Source: Selaginella moellendorffii
Taxonomy: Eukaryota; Plantae; Lycopodiophyta
DNA: 64,000 nucleotides
Direction of reading: 5' to 3'
Assembly (NCBI RefSeq): GCF_000143415.4
Contig: NW_003314318.1
Coordinates: 186,001 to 250,000, forward strand
Under the pieces are notes generated by a model. It was given only the letters and a program-made list of their open reading frames with translations. It was not told the origin of the DNA and did no database searches. Made by a program: the position numbers and the translations under genes. Positions 37,141 to 50,136 of this stretch are shown in pieces. Each line of letters opens with the position of its first letter. Within the stretch, counting starts at the first letter, position 1.

Positions 37141-37932
37141 TGCATGCACTATTTCGACCTCGTTGGACTCGAGCAATCTCTTGAAGCCCAGCAGATAATG
37201 CGCAATCTTCTCCCTGTAAATCGGGTCCCCCATTGCATCGCGTGGAAATCCAGGATCAAACCTCTCTACCACAGTTTCCACTTCCATCCGCCGCGTAATC
37301 TTCTGCATACAAGCAGCCAGGTGCCGGGTGACTGGAATCCTGTAGAAAACCGGGCTCGTGTCCAGCACGAGCAGCCCCAGAAACACTTGCTTCTTGAGTT
37401 CCTCGCCCCGCCGCCGCGCTCGTTCCTGGTTCTCTGTAAACGCTTGGATGACCTTCTCCACAAGCCGGGCTTCTGCAAATTCCTTTCTCTCCAGCCGGTC
37501 GGGATGAACTATCATCCTGATCTCGGGTATGAGCCCGCGCATGAGGTACACGTCCCTGTGCTTGGCGATGCTTCCAGCGTCGTCTCCCTCGGGACCAAAC
37601 TCGTACTCGACTCCCTGCTCGACGAACCAGTCCGGAATGACAGTGTCCTGCGTCACGTATCGGTTGGCGAGGATGTGCATTCCTGGCAGCTCCTCGTAGC
37701 CCAGGAGGAGCAGCAGCTCCCTGGCCAGCCTCCACACCGAGAGCTGCGTGGTTCCATTGATGCACTCGGGGATGTAGGCGTTGAGCCAGTGAACGTGGCG
37801 AACATCGGCTATGAGGTCCTTCATTTCGCACACCATTTGCTCGTACTCGTCTTCTGCTAGAGGGGAGAAAAACTCTACGTCACGGAACCTCACCTGGCAC
37901 CTCTCTATGGTTGCCATCTCCTTGGGAACCAA
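37138..37932 (-). CDS. Intronless ~260-aa protein resembling a fungal uncharacterised, REase-fold-like family (first ATG at 37917)
   Basis: Open ORF with a degenerate paralogue at 23.5-24.3 kb; motifs LLLLLGY, AKHRDVYL, EARLVEKVIQAF, GLLVLDTSPVFYRIPVT, YLLGFKRLL. Confidence 0.7.
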   Translation of the reverse strand: MVPKEMATIERCQVRFRDVEFFSPLAEDEYEQMVCEMKDLIADVRHVHWLNAYIPECINGTTQLSVWRLARELLLLLGYEELPGMHILANRYVTQDTVIPDWFVEQGVEYEFGPEGDDAGSIAKHRDVYLMRGLIPEIRMIVHPDRLERKEFAEARLVEKVIQAFTENQERARRRGEELKKQVFLGLLVLDTSPVFYRIPVTRHLAACMQKITRRMEVETVVERFDPGFPRDAMGDPIYREKIAHYLLGFKRLLESNEVEIVHA

Positions 37933-38606
37933 CCCTAAATTCTAGCTCGAACATCACACTACAAAATGGGTTTACAAAATGGGAGATTAAAAGATTTTAT
38001 TCTAACACCCTCTGGAGTCTTTGTTCTGGCATCTCACTATCAGGAGCTCCTGCGAGAATCGTTCAAAGCACGAGCAACGAAATTTTGTGCTTGTCCTGAT
38101 TTGAGCTAGAACTTTAGAATAAAAGATTGAAGCTTATCGTTTCTAGTGCCCGTGAACCACCTAAAAGATATCGTATCTCAATAGTCCGAACTCGTGAGAT
38201 TTGGATTCGATATAACTGATACTGGAAAGGCACAAGAATACACAAAAGAAAAGGAGGAGAAGGAGAAATAAAAACAATACCTCCTGCGAGAATATCTCTC
38301 GACAAAATATCTTCGACTTTGAAGGAAGATACGATGGAGGGAACGTCCAAGGTTTCGAAGCTAACCATCACTCTTTTTCTTTGTTGCTCTCCACGAACCC
38401 GTGGACAATGCCGCTGAGAAAATACCAACAACGTTTAGCCGAGAAAAGGGAAAATCTATACCTTTGCGGGATCCCAGACACTATAGCTTGTACCGCCAGG
38501 AAAACTGCGTCTTCCCAGTCGCGAAACAGCATTGGCCTGTGAAGACCACCGTCACGGCTTTGAATAGCAACTCGGGGACAATTACCTGGAAGTGAAGTCG
38601 ATTGCT

Positions 38607-39633
38607 TCATCTCTTTTTCCCTTCTTGGATCCCGAGAGCTTTGGACAGAAGCCTGCTCGCTGCTCTACCAGGCATGTCCGGCCGACGAGCATTCCTTGTT
38701 CTGGAACACGTCTCACCAGTGCTGCCGTCTTGGTCGGGAGGTTTTTCAGGCGAGCAGCTAGTGTGTTGTTCAGGACGCCTTTGAGCGCTGCTCTTACCCA
38801 GTGCGTGAGTGATCATTCTGTGCGCTACCGCAGGAACAGTCCTTGGGGATCTTACGCTTGAGTCGCCTGCTTCGTCCGAGGCAACAGTGCTGGTGCTGGT
38901 CTCGCAGGACGAGAAGATGCGTTCTCTTGCCGAGAGATATGCCGCCTCTCTCTCCTCCAGAGACGTCACGACCGGATTCTCGTTAGAAGTGAATTGTTTC
39001 TCTGAAACATAAAACTTACTCAAAGCCTGATCCAAGATCTATCCAAACCATACCAGATGCTTGCATAGCAGAACGTTTAAGTAGTGTTCGAGACGAGCTG
39101 CTGGCTATCGAGCATGAATCTTCGAAAGCGTTGAGTAGGTCGCTTAGCAACACGGACGGTCTAGACATGTCTTTGATTCGTTACCAAAAGAAAGAAAATA
39201 CGATAGAGAAGTATTGCTTACATGGACGAGTCCTCGCATTTTGCGACCACCAAATGCCTGCCATCTCCCTCACCCACAGACTCGTGCGCTAGGCTGCAAA
39301 AACGAAGAAGAAAAGCTTTTATACGTGAATTCTTTCAAGTTTTAGAGCAAAGATTCTCACCCATAGACGTCCGCCAAGCGATGGAGAAGCATCCGGTGAT
39401 AAGAAACCATCGGCGTAAGCTCCAGCAACTCCCTATCACTGGAAAATCACAGATGAATCCACCAGAAAACACAAAAAATCCCTCGCTTGCCTGGATGGAT
39501 CCAAAAACTCCACAAACGCTTCCTCCGCCGCCAGCAGCAGATGCTTGGTGTGGAGATTGTTCCTGACGAGAGACGCGAGCTCCTCCACCTGCAAATCGCT
39601 CGCATTTGGACACGCATTGGCGCTCACCTCCAT
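38607..39633 (-). CDS. R3H- and SUZ-domain nucleic-acid-binding protein, multi-exon
   Basis: VEELASLVRNNL.KHLLL, SYHRMLLHRLADVYG (R3H), SLEEREAAYLSARERIF (SUZ), VAHRMITHALG. Confidence 0.85.
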
Positions 39634-39752
39634 TGATAAACCCTAACCCTGATAATAGCATATTCTTCCCGGATCCGCGTTATTGAAATAAAGAGAGGCG
39701 TTTGGGGATATTCGTATCCAGTCTTTGAGTGTATTCTTTGGGGCTTTTGTGG

Positions 39753-41066
39753 ATGGCTCTAGCGACGCTACTGCTGATTGTTTTGGTGAGAAATCCATGC
39801 ATTGTGGCACTGGCAGCTGCTGCTCCAGCATTTTTTGTGTTTGGAGACTCGAGCGTCGACACGGGGAATAACAATTTCATCTCAACTTTGATCAAGGCCA
39901 ATTCTCTGCCTTATGGTATGAATTTCGATCCACCAGGTGCTACAGGGAGGTTTTCCAATGGCAAACTCGTGAGTGATTACATAGGTGGGACTTGCATAAG
40001 TTTTGAGATCATGGATTTTCCCACTTTCTTTCTCTATCAGCCGAGTTTCTTGATCTTCCGTACCCTGTCAACTTCTTAGATCCCGGTGTTTCGCCTTGGG
40101 ATTTCTTGAAGGGTGTCAACTTTGCAGCAGCAGGGGCTGGACTACTTGACAGCACTGGCTTCTCGCGAGTAACATTGATAATCATTCATTCGTGATCGAA
40201 GGTCTTTCTAAGGTTTTTATTTTCTTTCCAAAGGGAGTGAGATCATTCACAAAGCAAATCAAAGAGTTTCAGAAGGTGGTGAAGGTTCTGGAGTCTCTGG
40301 CTGGCAAATCCTCTACGCTGGATCTGCTTTCTCGGTCGATTTTTATAATTAGCTTTGCTGGGAATGACTTGGCAGCCAATTATCAGTTAAATCCATTCAG
40401 GCAGATGTTTTACAACCTCACACAATTCGAGTCGCTGCTTATAAACCAGATGTCTCGTTCGATCCAGGTGAGAATGATAGCATAACAATAGTTTGCTACA
40501 AGCAACCTTCTACATAATGTCTAGACTCTTCATGCTTATGGAGCTCAAAAGTTTATCATCGCTGATATTCCACCTCTGGGATGCACTCCTGTGGAGCTCA
40601 TACTGCACGGAGCATGCAAAGGAAGATGTGTTGCAAGTGTTAACGAGAAAATTCGGAGCTTCAACTCAAAGACAAGTGTTTTCTTTTCCAAGCTCAGAGC
40701 AGTGCTCAAGGACTGCGATTTTCTACACCTTAAGAGCTACACTATTGTACAAAGGATCTTGGAGAATCCAAGCACTCATGGTAAGTTCTTTAAGCTTGTG
40801 TTGATAATTGTTCTTTGCTTTTCATCGCAGGACTAAGGCATGCCAGTAGAGCTTGTTGTGGAAATGGTGGCCATTACAATGCCCTTGGACCTTGCAACTG
40901 GTTCATATCTTCCGTATGTGAAGATCCAGATTTATATGCCTTTTGGGATATGGTTCATCCAACTCAAGCTCTCTATAAGCTTGTGGCCAACGAAGTCATC
41001 TTTGGATCCCCAAACTCCATCTATCCTTTCAATCTAGCACACCTTGTATCCAATATGCCACAATAG
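39753..41066 (+). CDS. GDSL esterase/lipase, 5 exons
   Basis: Signal peptide; [40 protein letters not shown], catalytic FWDMVHPT. Confidence 0.92.
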
Positions 41067-41113
41067 TAATGTGTATAGTTTTACGTAATATTCACAGGTT
41101 TTTCGTATAATTC

Positions 41114-43216
41114 TCAATCCTTGTTGACAGAGACCTCTTTGTTCTTGTCACTATTGTTGTTGTTGTTGAAGTAGATGCTGGCAAGAAGAACATAAGCTGG
41201 CGCGTTTCTCGAATCTAACGCGAGAATTCCCCTCGTGGCATTAAAACCGACAGCGGTGTGATCCTCTCGGTGCAGCCTACATGCCCCCAGCAGCGATCTC
41301 CAGTCCCAAACGTCAGGAACAAACGGCATGCTTGCAACGAGGTCTTGGGCATCGCCCAAGTATCCTCCCCTCCCAAGAACATCCACCATGCAGCAGAAGT
41401 GGAGCTTCTTTGCTCGGATCCCAAAATCGATGCTCATCGACACAAAGCACGACCAGCTCGCGTGAACTTCCCCGAGCCGGCTGCAAGCAACCAAGATGCA
41501 AATGAAAGACACTTCGTCCGGTTTGCAAGCCGAGCTGTGCATGTTTTGGAAGAGCTCCAGCGCTTCGGTCGACTGTCCGTTTTGAGCATAAGCCACGAGA
41601 ATTGCATTCCACGAGACCGAGTCGTGTTCGAGCATCCCATTAAAAATGCGTCTCGCTTCTGCGAGATGGCCGGCATGAGCGTATGCCGAAAGGATCGAAG
41701 TCCACACCATTGCGTCTCGTCCTTCCAAGCCATCGAAGATCATCTTTGCTGCCTCCAGATGCCCGTTTAGCGAGTAAGCCGCCACAATCGCGCTGAAAGA
41801 GACACTGTTTTTCGTCTCGATGGTGTCGTAGATCACTTTGGCCTCCTCCACATACCCGTTGTATGCATACCCGGCTAGCATCGCATTTGAAAGCACGATA
41901 TCTCTCTCGTGTACTTTGATGTCGTCAAAGATCCTCCGGGCCTCCTCGAGGTGCCCGTTGTGAGCATAAGATCCGAGCATCACAGTCAAAGACACAAGGT
42001 TGTGCTCGGGCATCCGATCAAACATCCTCTTGGTTTTGTTCATCAATCCGCTCTGGGCATACGCTGAGAGCATCGACGTCCATGAAACAATGTTGGTCTC
42101 TTGCATGCCATCGAAAACTCCCTTTGCATTGTCAACTTCTCCTTGCAAAGCAAAGCCAGCGATCATCGCAGTAGAAGACACGAGATTGTGCTCCGGCATG
42201 GATTCAAACATTTGCTTTGCTTGCTCGATATCACCATTCTCTGCAAATGCAGCCAGCATGATCGTAAGCACCACCAGGTTTCTCTCTTTCAGCTTGTCAA
42301 AAGCTCCCTTGGCAAGAGCTAGATGCCCGCTTTGAGCATAAACAGAAACCATACAAGTCCACGAAACTAGATCTCTCTCTTTCATCTCCGAAAATACAAA
42401 CTCCACCTTCTCCACCTCTCCCAGATCTCTGTACAGGCCTAGCATTGCATTCCACGACACAAGGTTCCTTTCAGGCATGGAGTCGTAAATTTGTTTTGCC
42501 TGAGAGCTATGCCCGTTTTGGGTATATGCACATAACATTGCGGTCCAGCACACAATATCCCTCTCGGGCATTTGATCAAATAGATCTTTTGCATCACCAA
42601 CTTTTCCGCTCTGAGAAAACCCAACAAGCATGCACGTACACGATATAAAATCCCATTCAGGCATTTTCTTAAACACTTGCTCAGCTTCTTCGAAAAGACC
42701 AACGGCGGCATTTGCAGTAAGCATCGCCGTCCACGACACAAGATCTTTTTCTTGCATATGAGAAAAAATTGTCTTTGCTGCTTCAATGTTTCTGCTTGAT
42801 CCATAGGCATTTAACATTGTGTTCCAAGAAACGAGATCCCTTTCCGGCATTCTCTCAAATAAGTCTTTAGCTTGCTCAAGATCCCCTTGATGGGCATAAG
42901 CGCTCAACAGCGTTGTCCACGACACCAGGTTGCGGTGTGGGATCTCATCAAACAGCTGCTTGGCATGCTCCATTTTGCTGCTTTTGGAGTAAGCAGCGAG
43001 CATCAAAGCCCATGAGAATGTGTTTCTAGAAGTGATGGCATTAAAAACTTGGCGAGCTTCATCAGGAGCACCACACTTGCCATACATCTGGATTAGCATG
43101 TTATGCATAAAAACGTCATCGGGAGCAACGAGTGGAATAATTTGGACGTGAATCTCTCTCGCCCTAGACAGACTCTTGCATGACTTAACCATCTCCAGGC
43201 ATGTGTTTCGATCCAT
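41114..43216 (-). CDS. PLS-class PPR protein with a long run of short (S-type) repeats and E domain, intronless
   Basis: 700-aa ORF with many 31-aa F..MPER.LVSW...L.AY...G repeats; HFCCMVDVLGRGG...WRSLLGAC...AYVLLASIY. Confidence 0.92.
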   Translation of the reverse strand: MDRNTCLEMVKSCKSLSRAREIHVQIIPLVAPDDVFMHNMLIQMYGKCGAPDEARQVFNAITSRNTFSWALMLAAYSKSSKMEHAKQLFDEIPHRNLVSWTTLLSAYAHQGDLEQAKDLFERMPERDLVSWNTMLNAYGSSRNIEAAKTIFSHMQEKDLVSWTAMLTANAAVGLFEEAEQVFKKMPEWDFISCTCMLVGFSQSGKVGDAKDLFDQMPERDIVCWTAMLCAYTQNGHSSQAKQIYDSMPERNLVSWNAMLGLYRDLGEVEKVEFVFSEMKERDLVSWTCMVSVYAQSGHLALAKGAFDKLKERNLVVLTIMLAAFAENGDIEQAKQMFESMPEHNLVSSTAMIAGFALQGEVDNAKGVFDGMQETNIVSWTSMLSAYAQSGLMNKTKRMFDRMPEHNLVSLTVMLGSYAHNGHLEEARRIFDDIKVHERDIVLSNAMLAGYAYNGYVEEAKVIYDTIETKNSVSFSAIVAAYSLNGHLEAAKMIFDGLEGRDAMVWTSILSAYAHAGHLAEARRIFNGMLEHDSVSWNAILVAYAQNGQSTEALELFQNMHSSACKPDEVSFICILVACSRLGEVHASWSCFVSMSIDFGIRAKKLHFCCMVDVLGRGGYLGDAQDLVASMPFVPDVWDWRSLLGACRLHREDHTAVGFNATRGILALDSRNAPAYVLLASIYFNNNNNSDKNKEVSVNKD

Positions 43217-43411
43217 CTTGGTTGCCTGACCATGTCAAGCTCCTTGTTCTTGACTAATTTTTTGAGGTTTAGAGGAAAATCATAATAGAAAATAGGATTA
43301 AAAGATGAATAAAACAAAATATAAATGATTACAATGCTTAACAGTAAAAGTAATTATTTAGACTCTATAATATTTCTTAAAAATTAGGGCATTGCAGTGA
43401 AAGCCCTAGCT

Positions 43412-45208
43412 ATGGCGGGAGCGAGCGTGGGCGCGGGCAATGGCGTGGTTCTTGGCAAGCGCGCACGAGGAAATCCAAACTACTCGGAGCTGGGCACAGG
43501 CAATGCGGCTGCTGCCTCTGCTGGATCTGGCGGAGCTGCCGCTAGCGGAGCTTCTACCGCCGCTGGAAGCGGTGCCATTGGAACCCCAGTCTTGACGGGC
43601 CCGACCGTCCAAGTGCAGCTCACATTCGCCGGTAAGGATAGAGTTCTAGCAGCAAGAGGTGTTGATCGTATTTTTTCTTCACAGAGAAGAACAGTAAGAG
43701 GATTGTCATGGCTCTCCAGAGTGGCCTCAAGAGCGAGCTCTCGTGGGCACTGACCTCGCTCAATGTTTTATCTTTCAAGGAGAAGGACGATGGAAGGAAG
43801 GACGCTCTGGTGAAAATTCCTGGCCTACTCGATGCTCTCCTTCATGTGGTATTTGATTTAGTTTGTGCTTTCGTGATTTTGTGGCTCTGCTAAGGAACTG
43901 GACTTCGCAGATAGATGAGTGGAGGGATATATCCTACTCCAGTGACTCGAAAAAATCAGCGAGAAAGCGCACGCTTGGACTTCATCGTCCGACCACTGGA
44001 TTTGGCCTCGAGTATGAGATTAACACGCATCACGATCCGCTCTATAGAATGCGGTATGTAAGGCTCTGTCTTTCTTATGCGCGCTCACTTTCTTTTCTTT
44101 TCTTGTTTAAATTTCCTAGCACCATGCCGGAGAGAAATCCAGAGAGCGTCACAGATGAGAAGAAGAATGCAGATTGGTGGTGGGACGAAGAGGGACTGTT
44201 CAACCTGGATGAAATCGGACGAGCTGAGCGGCAGCAGTGCGCTGTCGCAGCCTCAAATGTTCTACGGAATTTCTCATTCATTCCCGAGAATGAAATCCAC
44301 ATGGCTCAACACCGGCACTGTCTGGAAACTCTTGTTTGCTGCATGCAAGATCACAATACTGGTACAATGTCCAAGTTCTTGCTTTCTTTGACGGGAGAAA
44401 GTACTAACTACATACAGAGGACGAGGAGCTGGTCACTAACGCAGTGGAAACGATTCTTAACTTGGCAACGTTTGTGGTGCTGAGAATATTTACTGACCCG
44501 TCCAAAGGCCGGATCACGTAGGTAAACTGTGTTTTATGTCTAGAGTTAGAGAAGCTAACTTCCCATCGTCTTGCTTGGAGCAGGGAACAAGCTGCTGTAC
44601 AAGCGATTGTGACAATGCTGGAATCACCAATCAAGCCCTGGCATTGCTCGGCTGCAGAGCTACTGGGAAGGCTCGTAGTAAACCCCGAGAACGAGCCATA
44701 TCTTCTTCCATTTGCAACTCAGGTAGAGACTTTCGTGATAAACTCTGCCTGAGCGTTATGTGCACGGACAGATCTACAAGCGCTTGGTGGACATACTCAA
44801 CTTTCCAGCGAGCGATTCTCAGGCAGCAGCCATAGCAGCATTGTATAACTTCGCGGAGGTGAATATGGACTGCCGTCTTCGGCTGGCAAACGAGCGATGG
44901 TGAGTAGCATTTCTTCGTTCACACGAAAGCTTTTCAAGCTTGGCTCTTTTCGCAGGGCCGTTGGGAGGCTCTTAAGGATCGTCCAGACGCCTCATCCCCT
45001 GCAAGAAGTGGTGAGAAAAGCAGCCCTGACGCTTGAGAGCCTTGCGTCAGAACCAGAGAACAGGTCTATACTTCTAGCTTACGAGCACACTTTTGCGGAG
45101 CTTGCTCTGACGGATGCCCGTACTTCGGACATGTTTGCGAGGATACTGTGGGAGCTGAGCTCCAGGACAGGATCCAAGAGCTCTGCTCGTGGAGTGTGGG
45201 GATCATAG
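43412..45208 (+). CDS. LFR: LEAF AND FLOWER RELATED-like ARM-repeat SWI/SNF subunit, multi-exon
   Basis: MALQSGLKSELSWALTSLNVLSFKEKDD, KIPGLLDALL, WWWDEEGLFNLD, NFSFIPENE..MAQHRHCLET, C-terminal ARGVWGS. Confidence 0.9.
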
Positions 45209-45499
45209 CGAAAACGTAAGTCTAAGAACCAACCGATACAAAACTTATTGGTCCACCATCCCAAGTAACCATTCGATTCTGAATCATCAGAATTGTCACA
45301 ATCATTCTGATTAAATGGAGTAGCCGACTTTTTGGATTGCAGACATTCCTTCAAACAATTGCACAAAGTTGATACATTTCTTGCAGCTGATTTATAGGCT
45401 TTGCTGCCTATATAGATGATGACATTCATAGGTTTGCTTTTGATGAGCTGTTCCAGCGCCGATTTTGAAATTTGCTCATGAATGATAATATTAATAAAC

Positions 45500-48400
45500 T
45501 TTGATTACCAGAAAAGGAGAATAAATTAAGGAATATTCTAAAATATGTTTGAATATTTTAAAGTCTAACTATTAATTTTAGGGTTTTAATTATTTTTGTA
45601 TTTCATAGGTGATTGGTAGCTTTGATTGTTTAGATATAACTTTTGCAACATCTAAAACTCTTTTGTTCCTATAGATTTTTTTTTTTTTCTTTTATTTTTC
45701 CTCTTCTTTTCATTCATTTTTATGGTAAAGTAACATACTCCTCTTTTGCAATAGCTTTCTCCTCCTCCTCACTCTAGAGTAATAATTGGTGTAGTTATAT
45801 GATATTATGTAGTCATAGTTGAATAATCAAACTCAATTCATAACAACATTCATGGTGTGTGGTGAAATTATTCCTCTTGCTACCAATCTTTATATCTAGC
45901 CAGATTTCTTTTGTGATAATCTTAAGGATGATATTTACTTTTGGTTTAATCCCTATCAATTGGGATGATACTTAATATCTATACAGGTTTCCCACACATT
46001 TTCAAGGGATACAATGGCACAATGGTTTGAGTATACTATTTATGTGAATTCTTAGATGTCTTCAAGTTTGGATATATTAACGACTTTAATAATATTTACA
46101 TTAGAGCTACTTGAGTTAGTTATGCAATCCTAGTGTTTGCTTCTAAAGCCTCTTATTTTATATGGAGCTGAATATATCAAAACAGATCAAAATAAGCATA
46201 TTATTGCCAACACTATTAAAATTTTATAGAACTTCTATATACACTTGTCTTAACCACTCTGGATAACACTCTTCAAATGGCATAATGCTATAAGACATCA
46301 TTTCTTCCATTTGTAATTGCACATTTAACCCTAATTTTGTAGGAGACGATCATGTTTCAATGGATTCTGACATTGTTGCTGCAAGTATTGAAAGACAAAG
46401 ATAACGATATAGACGTGGGCATGATGTTTAGTACTAATCGTGTGATAAAATTGGCCAAATATATTTATGTTTTTAGTGTTTTCAATTTCGTATCTATCTT
46501 TTGAGTGGAAACTTTGACATCAATAACATTTTATTAGTGTTATTGTAGTAGAAAGTCTTGACAAATAAATTTTTCTAGGAAATAAGGAATAACACAAATA
46601 GTAGAGGGTTATTGTGTGAATAAATTGGTGACCCCTCCATCTTTCATTTGAGAGTACTATTAAGAGGTTCATTCAGCATTAATTTATTCAATATTCCCTT
46701 ACTAAACTCTTTGTGTCATTAATAGTCATTGTGTTTGATATGCATTTTTCACAATGTGTAGAGTTAGATTTACTTTCTCTAGATGACTTTTGTGAGGCTC
46801 AAATGGTTGAACTGTAGATCGATACATTTGAAAATCTTATATCATTTATTAATGACTTACAATTTTAGTATTTATATTTTCAATATTGTCTTGAGGATGA
46901 CCTTTTTTACTTTGTGAAGAATAATTATGATAATCATTTTTGGCTAGTGGTGCATTTGATCTTTATTTCATGATTTCTCCACATTTACCATGACTCTCTT
47001 ATTCTATGTGGATATATAGGAAATCATGTAATTCAGAAATTATATAGATCTTTATATTGGCAAAAAATGCAGTGTGTGTCATTTGATATATGTATAACAA
47101 CTCTTAATACTTCCCCTCGTGTTACAAAAAGATGGTTGAAGTCAATTGTAATATGTGAGTTGGTGGCATTTGATTTAATGGGTCTTTTTCACAATTGATT
47201 ATTGAAAGTGAATATGTTGTTATTACTTTGAATTACTTTATTTGTTAGGTGGAAATTGACTGTTAGATTGGATTAAAAAAAGAGTCTCTTGCTAGTGCAT
47301 TTATAACTATTATTGGATATTTCCTTTTCAATCAAATGGTGTTCCAACAATCTTATTTGGAGTGGCTTCTTTTGGATAATAGTTTTGTATTTATAGTTAA
47401 GGTATTTCATATTTTGATGTCTTAGTTTGTCTTAGTTTGTCTTAGTTACACTTTCACAAGTGCTTGTTATACACTAACAGATGGTTTAGTGGAATAACTC
47501 ATTTGTATTTTCAAGAAGATAATTATAAAGTATATAAACTTTAAACATTTAAATTAAGATGGTTATTTATCATCTCTTCAATATGCATATATCACAAGGA
47601 TATAATGTTTTGTTAGTGCTTCACCATAAAAACTTTTATATGGTTATAATTCTATATTACCAATAGAGCTAAATTTACTTTCATGAACTGCTAATGCTAG
47701 GTTTTGGGATTAATATCTCATAAATATTCTTCTATTGGTTCAAGTGGAATTTATTGAACATTTAGGCCATATACAAGTGGGATAGCAACAACATTACAAT
47801 TCTCATAATTATTTACTTGTGAAATATAAAGTGGATAACTTGGTATTAATTCATTTTCCTAATCTTGCAATACATGATTTCCTTGTTTAGTGAAAGGGAT
47901 AGTATCAAGTGTTTCAACTAGTTGAGCTACAAATTTATGAGGTTTATAATGACATTCAACAAATTATACATGTGCAATAAATAAAATGCTTCTTACAAAA
48001 AGATTAGAAATAAGTTCTATTGCATATAGATCTATTGATACCTCCTTTAGATATTTCTCTAGGTTCTGGTCCATGAATATAAAAGCCTTTTCATCTTTTT
48101 GAAAGGAGGTGATAATATGAGTTTTAAATGTATAACTACGATGTTGTATATTATTATTAGCAATCTAATATGCACATTTTTGTATTCCAAGCATTCACAA
48201 AAACATACAGATTTTAAGTCTATAGCAAATATATAGACAAATAAAGAATGAGTTAAATTTGAAGTAAATATATTATTATTAATATTAAAATAGTGCAAAA
48301 TATGGTTTGCTTAATGGGTGTTAAGAAATTTTTTGTTTAAGAAAGGTAAACATACTTAGAAATTATAAATACAAAATTAATCTAAATCTGAATGTCCCAT
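45500..48400 (+). mobile_element. Highly decayed, AT-rich gypsy-derived region (boundaries approximate)
   Basis: 47880-47960 (tgaaagggatagtatcaagtg...caaatttatgaggtttataatgacattcaac) resembles the integrase 3' end at 18680-18750; integrase-like remnant near 47470-47520. Confidence 0.55.
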
Positions 48401-48520
48401 TATCAAAACTTAGTACTAAATTATCAGTATTTATGCTTTGTGTAAAAAATTGTAACTGAAATGTAATTAAAGGAGTAGCCCCTGCCTATATTCTGAAAAG
48501 ATTTCCTACATAAAAACCAA

Positions 48521-50136
48521 CTACGTAGTTGATGTAAGCTGGCCTATCTGCTCTGCGAGCTCGCTCACCTTGTCACCATTTTCGTCCCACCACTGGTTCG
48601 CATTTGATCCATCGCCCTCCACAAAATCGATGTTGTCGCTGCCACCCTCCCCCGCAACGTCCGCCAGGAACTGATCCCACTCGATGTCCATCATAAACTC
48701 GGGAACTCCCGAAGAATCCAGGCCACCATCCTCCTCCTTGGACTGTTCCTCGCCACCGCCACCACTGCCATCGCCACTCTCGCCCTGTTGCTGTTCCTCC
48801 GCCAAGGCCTCGAATCTCATCAAGCTCAGCGGGGACGCTGGAGCGATTTGCATGTCACCGCTATCGACCCGAGGAGGAGACGACAGCAAAAGATCTCCCA
48901 TCATCTGGGCGGAATGCATCTCCGTGAGCGTCAGCCCTTTGCCGTCCTGTGCCGGATTCAAATCCAAGTCCCGGAAGGAAACCTCCATGTCCAGCTTCTT
49001 GGATCCCGCTGACGCCGATGGCGAATGCTCGGGAGAGTTGAAGAAATGCATGAGCATCGCCATGGGATCGTTGTTTGGCTGGTACTTGACGATCTGTCCC
49101 TCCCCCGGAGATGGAGTTTCGTCGACGACATCGCCACCATCGCTCTGCTGCTCGCTGCCGTCCTGCTGCTTTGGAAGCCTTCGCTTCTTTCTCGCGCTCG
49201 CGGCTAGCCTCTTCTTACTCTCGTTCTGCTGGACTAGATGCGCCAAAAAGCTCGGGCTTTGCATCGCCTTGGCCAGGAACGAGATCATCTGCTGCTGCCT
49301 TTGCTCGGTTACGTGAAGTCGCTGCAAGATCATCTGGAGATCGCTGTCCGTCTGCTGCTGCTGCTGTCGGAGTCTCACCAGTTCCGACATCAGGACGTTC
49401 TTGTCGCGTTTTAGCCGCTCAATCTCTCCTTCCAGTCCGAACTTGCCAACTTCCACGCACGCCGGCTTCGAGCTCGGCTGTGGCTGCGGTTGCGGTTGCT
49501 GGACCGCGGGTGGCTGATGAGAGGCCGACTTCTTCCTGTGAATGCCTTTGAGAAGCTGCTTCTTTCCTTTTAGAAAACCTTCGTTCCCAAACTCCCAGCG
49601 GTCGGGGTCAACTTTGCGAAATCCCTGCCACCAAAACACTCCACGTTAGCCACTATCTAAAGCAGTTCCTGTAGAAGCGGAAGAACTTTACTCTAGCATT
49701 TTTTAAAGAAAAAAATTTGGAGGAAGCATTGGAGCTTCTATCAATCCAACCAAGCAAACCTGGACAAACTTACATAGGTGTTGAGCTGCCGGACGAAGCT
49801 CGAGAAGTTGTTGTGCTTGAAGAACTTTGGGAGGAGCTGTTGTTGGAACTCATTGAGATTCCAGACAATGAAGCCATTCCCCGATGGGTTCCAGGAGACG
49901 ATAGGATCGGTGGAAGGGTCCTCCACCATGTCGTAAGTCTTGTTGAGGAAAGGAGGCGGCGCGGAGTTTGAGGAATCCATCGGCTGCGCAGGAGGAAGAG
50001 GAGGACGAGGAGGACGAGGAGAGCTCTCGGAAGTCGCAGCGGTGGATTTTCGAGCCGAGGGAGATTTCGATCCAGGCACTGTGACTGTGGCGCTAGGACT
50101 GCGGACTGGCTGCGACCAGTTGGCGTTGGCTACCAT
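48521..50136 (-). CDS. Class A heat shock transcription factor (HsfA1-like); intron 49625-49773; start codon uncertain (an in-frame ATG lies at 49980)
   Basis: [15 protein letters not shown]...[16 protein letters not shown]|[12 protein letters not shown]; HR-A/B; NLS RKKRRLP; AHA-like IEWDQFL; [11 protein letters not shown]. Confidence 0.93.
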
